IMG/VR virus record: IMGVR_UViG_3300007812_000019
Location: 1 to 10,434 of that record
Direction: 5' to 3' (one strand)
DNA length: 10,434 nucleotides
This document shows positions 1-6,362 of this stretch, one piece after another. The position numbers and the translations under genes were made by a program. The notes under the pieces are model-generated. The model saw nothing but the letters and a program-made list of their open reading frames with translations. It was not told the DNA's origin and did no database searches. How positions within the stretch are numbered: the first letter of the stretch is position 1; every line of letters begins with the position of its first letter.

Positions 1-885
1 GAAAACTATTACATCATTTTTTTCGAGATGGATTACACGTTCATTGCCTGTAAGGGATTGCGAATAGTCTCCTTTTGGTAACAATATTGCAGGATAAGAA
101 CCATATGTACCAACGACAGCTTCTGCAATAACATCAAGCGGTAACTTTTCAAGGAATTTTTGCAACTCAGGACTCTCAACATTTTCATTAGGTACAAATT
201 CCGCTGGTGGTATGGTAACGTTGCCATAAGTTTGTTCGTATTGAGATAGCAGGAAATCAGAAATATCATTTACAATTCCTTTGGGGATGAGTATAATGTG
301 CGGGTATAAGTCCTGTGAGGAAGAAGTGTAAATCGTATACGTGATATAGAAATTTTCTCGGATTGCAGGGTTAGATTCTAACGTTTGAATTAAAGTATTT
401 ACTTTTGCCTCAGCTGATTTCTTTTCTTCTTCTGATTTGCTGTTACCAAATGGGACGCGTGGATATAGCCTGACCACGTCAAAAATAAAATCTTTACTTG
501 TAGCATTTTGAATTACATTAACATTGATTCTCTTCTCATGGAGACTAAAACCGTATCCATTAATTGCCCTGCTGACATTACCTAAATTAAGGTGTATAGT
601 CTTTTCTTTACCCTTTTCGCCATATTTCACTTCTATGTCCTCTGGGTTCTTGATACTGTTTTTCCCATACGTAGTACTTATCTCCAGTACAAATGGCAAA
701 TATCCTTCCGAGTTCTCAAAAGTAAATGTTGCCATAGGCTTGTAGTTAACTAATGTTAACGATCCGTCGAACGTTTTTGACATTTGACTGTCAAATGCAA
801 AATCTTTAGATGAAATGAACTTATTAAAAACCTTGAAGAGATATTCATCTAACGGGATCAGCGATGAAGCATTGTTACTACTCAT
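1..885 (-). CDS. Hypothetical viral protein, 3'-truncated by the window edge (>=295 aa, MSSNNASSLIPLDEYLFKVF...); missing from the ORF track
   Basis: Manual translation gives ATG at 885 and a frame open to position 1. A minus-strand TATA-like TTTTTAATAA lies at ~920-929, with the palindromic motif at 900-911 between TATA and start. Confidence 0.85.
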   Translation of the reverse strand, partial: MSSNNASSLIPLDEYLFKVFNKFISSKDFAFDSQMSKTFDGSLTLVNYKPMATFTFENSEGYLPFVLEISTTYGKNSIKNPEDIEVKYGEKGKEKTIHLNLGNVSRAINGYGFSLHEKRINVNVIQNATSKDFIFDVVRLYPRVPFGNSKSEEEKKSAEAKVNTLIQTLESNPAIRENFYITYTIYTSSSQDLYPHIILIPKGIVNDISDFLLSQYEQTYGNVTIPPAEFVPNENVESPELQKFLEKLPLDVIAEAVVGTYGSYPAILLPKGDYSQSLTGNERVIHLEKNDVIVF

Positions 886-898
886 TTTTTACATCACT

Positions 899-912
899 CA
901 AACATATGTTTG
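899..912. promoter_or_regulatory. Palindromic operator-like site CAAACATATGTTTG between TATA box and start codon
   Basis: Perfect 14-bp palindrome; member of the AAACA-NN-TGTTT family. Confidence 0.7.
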
Positions 913-974
913 CTTGTAGTTATTAAAAAGTTTGCTTAAAAACGGACGAGGCAGACGCAAAAAAATGGAATCAC

Positions 975-1814
975 TTAAATTATGTGAAGACCGAACAGTA
1001 CTGCTAACATCATCATAGCCACTATACCGATCACGAAGTATAGCATTATCCTACCCATTGCTTGCACACGCTTACTCTCATTCTGCAACTTCAATAACTT
1101 CACTAAGTTTGCATTCATCTCCTTAACCGTCGTGGGTATCGTACTCAATATCTCCAACTCTTGCGATAACCTACGGCTAAGTAATAATTTAGGGTCAACA
1201 GCAATAGCGAGCTTTGTGGTAGGGGATAACGTTATAGAACCAGTAATCATTTTTTTAACCTTAGCCAACTGTGCTAATAATTCTGGTTCCGCTGTATCAT
1301 ACTCAGACACAGGTATTGACGTTTCTAACGTCTCTAACCTTATCGCATACGGCATTGTGTTGTTTTTTCTGATCGTGATCAGCAACGGTCTGTGAATTTT
1401 CCCGTATTGTATCATCCCTACCATTGATTCCGAGGTGACTGGGACAATTAGCTCTTCGCCCGTCACTGGGTCGTGGACTGTGTACAACGACGGCGATAAT
1501 TTTTCACCTATGTATAGTTGGGCAGACCTAGTTGATATGTCGACGTTCACCACTACAACGTCACTATTCTTAGAGCGACGGATTTGCCTTATCAGTCCTC
1601 CTCTTATTGGGTCTTTCATGTACGACCTTCTGAACGCTAAGTATACGACAATAAATACTATAAATAGTATACCTAGAGCGATGAAAATGTAAATAATTGG
1701 TGGGGATAATAGTGTTTGGAATAACGATAAAGCTGTAACATGTTGGGTTACATGTTGGTGTGGGGCTACCGTATTTGTTATTGTTACGTTTGAAGACGGT
1801 GGTTTCAGTGCCAT
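975..1814 (-). CDS. Membrane protein (279 aa) with N-terminal and C-terminal TM segments; probable virion or morphogenesis protein
   Basis: Hydrophobic stretches IIYIFIALGILFIVFIVVYLAF and IMLYFVIGIVAMMMLAVLFGL. TATA-like TTTAAAT ~25 nt upstream of the ATG (leaderless) and a T-run at 959-965 after the stop. Lies directly downstream of the MCP gene. Confidence 0.8.
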   Translation of the reverse strand: MALKPPSSNVTITNTVAPHQHVTQHVTALSLFQTLLSPPIIYIFIALGILFIVFIVVYLAFRRSYMKDPIRGGLIRQIRRSKNSDVVVVNVDISTRSAQLYIGEKLSPSLYTVHDPVTGEELIVPVTSESMVGMIQYGKIHRPLLITIRKNNTMPYAIRLETLETSIPVSEYDTAEPELLAQLAKVKKMITGSITLSPTTKLAIAVDPKLLLSRRLSQELEILSTIPTTVKEMNANLVKLLKLQNESKRVQAMGRIMLYFVIGIVAMMMLAVLFGLHII

Positions 1815-1862
1815 GTTAATATCTTAACAGAAAAGATTTAAAAGAAGAAGAAAGTCGCGAAA

Positions 1863-1874
1863 AAACACGTGTTT
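1863..1874. promoter_or_regulatory. Palindrome AAACACGTGTTT, 11 nt after the MCP stop and overlapping a minus-strand T6 run (possible terminator)
   Basis: Perfect palindrome; motif family member. Confidence 0.6.
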
Positions 1875-1885
1875 GACTTAGAGTT

Positions 1886-2356
1886 TTAACCAGTTTTGAA
1901 TTTTTGCATTATTATGGATATAATACCTGCCGCGATAAGAACTATTCCTGTTACTCCTAGCAGTACATATAGCGTTGGGAAGAAGCTGAAGAACGACACC
2001 ATACCGTTTACTAGTGGGTGTGTTAGGTTATACGCTAATGTTCCTGGTGACGGATTGCTTATTGCTGAGGCAGTAGCGGTAGCGAAGATAGATAGAATGA
2101 GACCAGATAGTCCTATTATCACACCGACAATCAGTAAGGCTATTGCTATTGTTGGTACGTCGAAATCGCCTGACCCAAACGTTACTTTGACTAACAACCC
2201 TACTCCTGGATCATGAATTCTAGTAGCTTTTTTTGTTTCTGGTACATCAACACCGTCTACATCTGGCATGTGGGCGTTAATTACCTTGAACATTTTTGCT
2301 TTTTTACCACCTGTTCCTGTTGCTTTTGCTGATGGAACGACTACTGAAACTGACAT
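1886..2356 (-). CDS. Major capsid protein of a large spindle-shaped virus (SMV1/ATV-like, Bicaudaviridae)
   Basis: Basic N-terminal region followed by two long hydrophobic helices (GDFDVPTIAIALLIVGVIIGLSGLILSIF...; FFPTLYVLLGVTGIVLIAAGIISII) with an N-L-T sequon in the loop. Closely resembles the SMV1 MCP as I recall it; not searched. Confidence 0.85.
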   Translation of the reverse strand: MSVSVVVPSAKATGTGGKKAKMFKVINAHMPDVDGVDVPETKKATRIHDPGVGLLVKVTFGSGDFDVPTIAIALLIVGVIIGLSGLILSIFATATASAISNPSPGTLAYNLTHPLVNGMVSFFSFFPTLYVLLGVTGIVLIAAGIISIIMQKFKTG

Positions 2357-2369
2357 TTTTCTTCATCTA

Positions 2370-2396
2370 AAACATCTGTTTGAGGCGTTAATAAAC
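2370..2396 (-). promoter_or_regulatory. MCP promoter: TATA (TTTATTAA, ~2388-2395) with AAACATCTGTTT (2370-2381) near the expected transcription start
   Basis: Same layout as the promoters at ~900-930 and ~5050-5078. Confidence 0.65.
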
Positions 2397-2470
2397 TTTT
2401 CGCTTCGCTGTTTCTGATATGGAAAGTGAATAGGGACAGTTTCAGCCCAACCAGTTAGACAGAAATAAGC

Positions 2471-2486
2471 GTAAAACTTATAATTT
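2471..2486 (+). promoter_or_regulatory. BRE/TATA (GTAAAACTTATAATTT), probable promoter of the hairpin-RNA plus mini-CRISPR transcript
   Basis: Purine-rich BRE followed by TTATAA. The expected TSS (~2505-2510) coincides with the start of the GC-rich hairpin, and no sizeable + strand gene follows. Confidence 0.6.
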
Positions 2487-2508
2487 AGAACATCCCAGAA
2501 CAGAAATT

Positions 2509-2581
2509 GGGTACCCCCGTAGCGGGGTATCCTATATATGGGGCGCCCCGCGGGGGTGTGGCGTAGCTTGCCTGCCCCCGT
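2509..2581 (+). ncRNA. Putative structured RNA (two GC-rich hairpins and a central palindrome) forming the 5' part of the mini-CRISPR transcript
   Basis: 51/73 GC. Hairpin 1 at 2509-2532 has a 9-bp stem and loop CGTAGC. GGGGCGCCCC lies at 2540-2549. Hairpin 2 at 2550-2581 also has CGTAGC at its apex and ends on the base before repeat 1. Confidence 0.55.
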
Positions 2582-2662
2582 GTTGAAATAAGGAAGAACT
2601 GAAAGTTTTCTATATGTCTCTTTAACGTCTCTACCTCAGTTGAAATAAGGAAGAACTGAAAT
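2582..2662 (+). CRISPR. Virus-borne mini-CRISPR array: 2 x 24-bp repeat GTTGAAATAAGGAAGAACTGAAA(G/T), one 33-bp spacer, no cas genes in the window
   Basis: Repeats at 2582-2605 and 2639-2662 are 23/24 identical. Length and the ACTGAAAG 3' end match Sulfolobales-type repeats (8-nt Cas6 handle). Spacer 2606-2638 is TTTTCTATATGTCTCTTTAACGTCTCTACCTCA. Confidence 0.85.
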
Positions 2663-2796
2663 TGATTCTCGTTAATTTAGTTCTAACCTTCTTTCATCCT
2701 CAATTAACAAGGTTAAGGTGGTATTCGTATATAGCTAGCGTAGCATCGAAAAGGCTTAAAGAGTTTTAGAGGAAGTTAACAAAAGTCCACTTTCCT

Positions 2797-3267
2797 TCAT
2801 ATTCGTTCCTGCAACCTACCTAAAACCTTATCTCTAATTAGTGAATAACCCCAGTATTCTGGGTATTTCTTATAGACGTAGTTTAGAATCTCGTCTTTAC
2901 TCTTCCTAACCCATTCCCTGAAAAACGTCTCAATCTCCTTTTCCTCTTCCTCAGGTTTAAATTCGCTATTTAAAACGTATTTCCTTATGTATCCTATTAT
3001 TGCTTCGCTCAGCGGATCTCTTACTTCCTCTTCCTCCTCCACGCAAACCTCTCCTAATTCGATCAATTTGTCAATATAATCCTGTAATTTCGACGAATAA
3101 GCACCGAAGAACCAAGGCTTAAAATCCAGCCCTAGTTGTACTCCTTTCTCCTTCTCAAGTAAAAAGAAGATCTTCTGCAGTTTAGTCGGAGTGACCTCTG
3201 TATTCTCCTCTTTAGCGGTATAAAGCAACAGTTTGATTAAGCGGTAAATTCTGTCCTCGGTTAACAT
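2797..3267 (-). CDS. Panacea/SocA (DUF4065, YwgA-like) antitoxin-domain protein, orphan
   Basis: Motifs TKLQKIFFLL, FKPWFFGAYS and C-terminal LNYVYKKYPEY. Start moved from 3285 to the ATG at 3267 because the TATA (TTTATA, 3300-3305) is too close to 3285. Confidence 0.75.
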   Translation of the reverse strand: MLTEDRIYRLIKLLLYTAKEENTEVTPTKLQKIFFLLEKEKGVQLGLDFKPWFFGAYSSKLQDYIDKLIELGEVCVEEEEEVRDPLSEAIIGYIRKYVLNSEFKPEEEEKEIETFFREWVRKSKDEILNYVYKKYPEYWGYSLIRDKVLGRLQERI

Positions 3268-3334
3268 AACCAACCCTAATATCATACACAGAGAATGAAT
3301 ATAAATTTGGTAGGGGTTTGAGCTTCATTGCCTA

Positions 3335-3346
3335 AAACAGCTGTTT
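3335..3346. promoter_or_regulatory. Palindrome AAACAGCTGTTT in a divergent promoter region
   Basis: Perfect palindrome between two divergent TATA boxes (~3302 on minus, ~3358 on plus). Confidence 0.65.
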
Positions 3347-3394
3347 ATGAAAGACTTATATTACGGACACAGGAATTTTGTACTGGGAATAAAA

Positions 3395-4027
3395 ATGGAG
3401 CAAAGTGAGATAGCCAAAATTATATTCGATAGAGTAGTGGATTATTGTACAAGGCACAATGACGAACCGCTTGCGTGCATGGCAGATCATGAACCAGACC
3501 AATTATCAGTGTTCATAGATTCGTATCTTAAAGACGAAGAAGACGAAGCGATAGAAAATTCAGACGAAAAGTTCTGGAGAGCGATAGAAAAAGAGTACAA
3601 GAAGTTGTGGAAAGAATGGTGGAGTGAAGAACTAGCCTATAATCTAGGTCATCTAATACTGGAGTCGAAAGTAGAACGTATAATGCAAGATGATGAGCTT
3701 GATAATGCAACTAAAGTTAGATACCTAAAAGCTTACGAAGAGGTATTAAATAAGTTCGCCGATGCGATCAAGCGTGAATTACAAGATAGGGATTCATTGC
3801 CCTCTGTGGAATTGTATAAGTGGTTCAAGAGGCTGGCTGAAGCTACCTCATCCTTTAACTCAGATTATCGCGAAGAAGTAAAATATCTTCTGGACTTTTA
3901 TGATATGTGGGACGTTGATCAACAACAGGTGTTAAGCCTTTTGCTAGATTATATAGATAGGACATTATACAAAATAGAACATAAGTATCTGCCTGAATTA
4001 GAGGGTTTAACAAATAATAATAGTTAA
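3395..4027 (+). CDS. Hypothetical acidic alpha-helical protein (~210 aa)
   Basis: Long D/E-rich ORF. TATA CTTATATT at ~3355-3362 favours the ATG at 3395 over 3347, and a T-run follows the stop. Confidence 0.8.
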   Translation: MEQSEIAKIIFDRVVDYCTRHNDEPLACMADHEPDQLSVFIDSYLKDEEDEAIENSDEKFWRAIEKEYKKLWKEWWSEELAYNLGHLILESKVERIMQDDELDNATKVRYLKAYEEVLNKFADAIKRELQDRDSLPSVELYKWFKRLAEATSSFNSDYREEVKYLLDFYDMWDVDQQQVLSLLLDYIDRTLYKIEHKYLPELEGLTNNNS

Positions 4028-4049
4028 ACTTTTTTAAATCTAGATGCAT

Positions 4050-4445
4050 TTAGTAGTTAAGTAATATATTGTTGTTGCCCTCTTCTTTCTCTTTTGATTT
4101 TTCCATTTTTTCTAAGGCTTTTATAGCTTCTCTAAACGGATTAGTGCATTCGCCTTCTCCTTCTCCGTAACAGCCATATTCCTCTATTGCTCTGTCCCAG
4201 TTCCTTTCCGCGTCTTCGAGTGCGTCAAGTGGGAAGCGTCCTACACCGTATACATATTCCTTAACCCAGGATTTGTATACTGCAATGTAAAAATCATGGA
4301 ATGGTAATTTGTTGCCATCATTCTCTACTCGATATACTACGACAGCACTAGGCTCCTTACTTTCCTCATCCCTAAACCAGAGTACTTCTTGTATGAGTGC
4401 TTTCCAAGTTTTACCATCCCAAGATAGGTCTTTTACCTCCATCAT
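4050..4445 (-). CDS. Small acidic protein, paralogue of 8853-9191; HicB-N-like motif; anti-defence candidate
   Basis: Shares DFYIA, GVG...ALE.AER.W, NPFREA and C-terminal NILxNY with its paralogue. Start could be GTG 4454, ATG 4445 or ATG 4442. Confidence 0.8.
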   Translation of the reverse strand: MMEVKDLSWDGKTWKALIQEVLWFRDEESKEPSAVVVYRVENDGNKLPFHDFYIAVYKSWVKEYVYGVGRFPLDALEDAERNWDRAIEEYGCYGEGEGECTNPFREAIKALEKMEKSKEKEEGNNNILLNY

Positions 4446-4477
4446 TTTTATCACTGAGTAACATGTTTGTAAAACAG

Positions 4478-4515
4478 ATATTTAAACACATATGTTTGAG
4501 GGATTTGTTAAGCAT
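4478..4515 (-). repeat. Duplicated promoter block, copy 1 (TATA TTTAAATA plus motif ACACATATGTTT)
   Basis: 35/38 identical to 9225-9262. Confidence 0.85.
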
Positions 4516-4523
4516 TCTCTGTG

Positions 4524-4579
4524 TTGACTTCCTCTCCACCCTGGAAGAGTGAGGCTTTCCACCTCTTAACCCTCAATTT
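4524..4579 (-). mobile_element. 56-bp IS200/IS605-family end remnant (fused left and right end with one hairpin; PATE/MITE-like)
   Basis: Minus strand reads TTTAA|AAATTGAGGGTTAAGAGGTGGAAAGCCTCACTCTTCCAGGGTGGAGAGGAAGTCAA. It resembles Sulfolobales IS605 termini as I recall them, has a 5' TTTAA target motif and a 3' TCAA end, and contains an imperfect hairpin. Confidence 0.6.
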
Positions 4580-4617
4580 TTAAAAAGGAGTTAGCAGATA
4601 AAACAATAGTGAGCAAC

Positions 4618-4779
4618 ATGGGTATAGGGATATTATTCTTAATAGCGATAGCGTTGTCTGTATTTGAAATAATTTTAGGTATCTTAATCCATATTACAAC
4701 TAAAGAAGATGCGGATTTAATTGTAATACTTGCAGGCATTTTAGGATTAATAGGAATATTTCTAATATCTGCGTTTTAA
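4618..4779 (+). CDS. Small two-TM membrane protein (53 aa, MGIGILFLIAIALSVFEIILGILIHITTKEDADLIVILAGILGLIGIFLISAF); missing from the ORF track
   Basis: Clean ATG to TAA, hydrophobic hairpin pattern, TATA-like TTTTTAAA at 4577-4584. Confidence 0.65.
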   Translation: MGIGILFLIAIALSVFEIILGILIHITTKEDADLIVILAGILGLIGIFLISAF

Positions 4780-4818
4780 TTTTCCTCTTTATTTAGGCTT
4801 ATCGTCCGTTTTGTCGGC

Positions 4819-5037
4819 TTAGGTATATTTCCTATATATTATCATGACTGCAACTAAAGCTATTGCCAAAATTACGAATGCCCACAACATATAGTTTACG
4901 ATATTCGCAACTGGAGTAAATGAACTCCCGTCTATCGTGTAAAATATTCCAGTAAAGTCGTTTGCCAAAACGATGATAAACAGTAGGAACGGTATTAGGA
5001 CAAAAACTGCAATAAAGAATACTGCAAACGGGTTCAA
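4819..5037 (-). CDS. Small two-TM membrane protein (72 aa)
   Basis: Two hydrophobic helices and a basic C-terminal tail. TTG start, TATA at ~5070-5078 and motif at 5050-5061. Confidence 0.7.
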   Translation of the reverse strand: MNPFAVFFIAVFVLIPFLLFIIVLANDFTGIFYTIDGSSFTPVANIVNYMLWAFVILAIALVAVMIIYRKYT

Positions 5038-5049
5038 CTTGTATCACTT

Positions 5050-5061
5050 AAACATATGTTT
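5050..5061. promoter_or_regulatory. Palindrome AAACATATGTTT between TATA and start
   Basis: Perfect motif copy. Confidence 0.65.
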
Positions 5062-5091
5062 GGACAGTGTTTAAAAAAAGTTTACTGGGGT

Positions 5092-5415
5092 TTAACGCTG
5101 ACCTCCTTCTTTCAGGAGGTGTTTCCATATTGCGATTCTTATGAGTTCGCTCATATGAATCTGGTTCTGTTCGGCAATTCGTTTTAGCCCGTCTAACATC
5201 TCTTCATTGATTTTAACACTTGTTCTCGTCTTCTCGTCTACTGGGATGGATAGGGCTACTGCTATTATATCATCCTTTGTTATACCTTCATGGATAAGGT
5301 TATTTATAGCGTCCCTCATCACTAAAGATCTGTTCTTACTCTTAGAATCAATAATTTCAATTGCTCTATGCTCTATTCTAAACGAAACAATTCTTTTTTT
5401 CGCGGGATTCCCCAT
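5092..5415 (-). CDS. Tandem ribbon-helix-helix (CopG/Arc-like) DNA-binding protein, 107 aa
   Basis: Two RHH patterns: RIVSFRIEHRAIEIID...NRSLVMRDAI and RTSVKINEEMLDGLKRIAEQNQIHMSELIRIAI. Confidence 0.8.
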   Translation of the reverse strand: MGNPAKKRIVSFRIEHRAIEIIDSKSKNRSLVMRDAINNLIHEGITKDDIIAVALSIPVDEKTRTSVKINEEMLDGLKRIAEQNQIHMSELIRIAIWKHLLKEGGQR

Positions 5416-5573
5416 GATTATGTTCTTGCTTGTCAGATTATTTTTAAAATAGCAGGAATTAAGGAGTGAGAGTGTTTACCCGTGGCGTAACTTATCTTTA
5501 GTTTGAAGGCATTCATTACTTGACCATTTACTCTCATAGTTGTCTCCTCCCTCCGTGAGGACAAGTAGTTCAT

Positions 5574-5585
5574 AAACAACTGTTT
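5574..5585. promoter_or_regulatory. AAACAACTGTTT upstream of the methyltransferase TATA (TTTTTTAAG, ~5592-5600)
   Basis: Motif copy. Confidence 0.6.
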
Positions 5586-5624
5586 GACCACTTTTTTAAG
5601 TGTAACATACACAAGATAAAGATC

Positions 5625-6362
5625 ATGAATTTCAAAATGCTTAAGGCGTATATGTCCACATATGATAACCCGTTACATGTCATGTTTAGGACTGCATTAA
5701 ACAGGTTCCCTTTCACAGCGAACTTAAGGAACGGGTTGGAAGTGGAAATAAAGTCTAAAAGGCACGCCTGGTTTTTTTCGACGTTACACGACCTTGACAT
5801 CATTTTTGCCAATGATATATTTATACAATTTAGGTACAAGGACAGGATACTAAAATTCTATTTCGATATAAATAATTTCGTAGCTTTCGGGGAAATTTTC
5901 AGAGACGATATATATAATGTTGATGTGAAAGGAAGGACAGTAGTTGATGTCGGTGCGGGGATAGGCGATTCGTCAATTTATTTTGCGTTGAACGGTGCAA
6001 AGAAAGTCTATGCATTTGACGTTAATGTGTCGTACTTAGAGAAGAACATAAAGGAAAACAATCTAAAAGACGTCGTTGAGCCGATTCGTTGTGAGTGTGG
6101 ACTTTCGAATAATTTAGATATTATAACTCTGAAATACAATATTCCTTATGGGTCTGTACTTAAAGTCGATTGTGAGGGGTGTGAATACGGTTTCTTTGGT
6201 GTGGCTCCGCCACGTTTGATTAGTAGATATCATGCAATTATTATAGAATATCATAACGGCGTTCAACATCTTGCGGATCTACTTAGAGCATCAGGGTTTA
6301 ACGTTGTAATTCGAGGGAACAAGAAGAAGATCGGCTTGATATATGCAAGGCGACTAAGATGA
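5625..6362 (+). CDS. FkbM-family SAM-dependent methyltransferase
   Basis: VVDVGAGIGDSSIYFA (SAM-binding motif I), KKVYAFD, LKVDCEGCEY, IIIEYH. Confidence 0.9.
   Translation: MNFKMLKAYMSTYDNPLHVMFRTALNRFPFTANLRNGLEVEIKSKRHAWFFSTLHDLDIIFANDIFIQFRYKDRILKFYFDINNFVAFGEIFRDDIYNVDVKGRTVVDVGAGIGDSSIYFALNGAKKVYAFDVNVSYLEKNIKENNLKDVVEPIRCECGLSNNLDIITLKYNIPYGSVLKVDCEGCEYGFFGVAPPRLISRYHAIIIEYHNGVQHLADLLRASGFNVVIRGNKKKIGLIYARRLR

Noticed and set aside
33-745. Track ORFs 33-269 and 524-745
   Set aside because: Alternative-frame or antisense shadows of the real 885-to-1 ORF.
1326-1336. 11-nt match TAACGTCTCTA between the CRISPR spacer and the 279-aa gene (possible self-targeting)
   Set aside because: The flanks do not align, and an 11-mer hit is plausible by chance in AT-rich 10 kb.
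1736-1759. Tandem duplication containing ACATGTTGG
   Set aside because: Explained by the coding repeat QHVTQHVT; it is not the operator motif.
1132-2216. Plus-strand ORFs 1132-1395, 1435-1692 and 1896-2216
   Set aside because: Antisense shadows of the membrane protein and MCP genes.
2550-2581. tRNA-like 5' sequence (CGGGGGTGTGGCGTAGCTTG) suggesting a tRNA gene or attP
   Set aside because: No anticodon arm, T-loop or cloverleaf; it folds as a simple hairpin.
2701-2724. Possible degenerate third CRISPR repeat
   Set aside because: Only about 10/24 identity and no GAAAG end.
5475-5565. 20-codon minus-strand ORF (MRVKWSSNECLQTKDKLRHG) with a GGAGG SD and a weak hairpin at 5540-5565
   Set aside because: Too short to support; it may be a decayed gene or element fragment.
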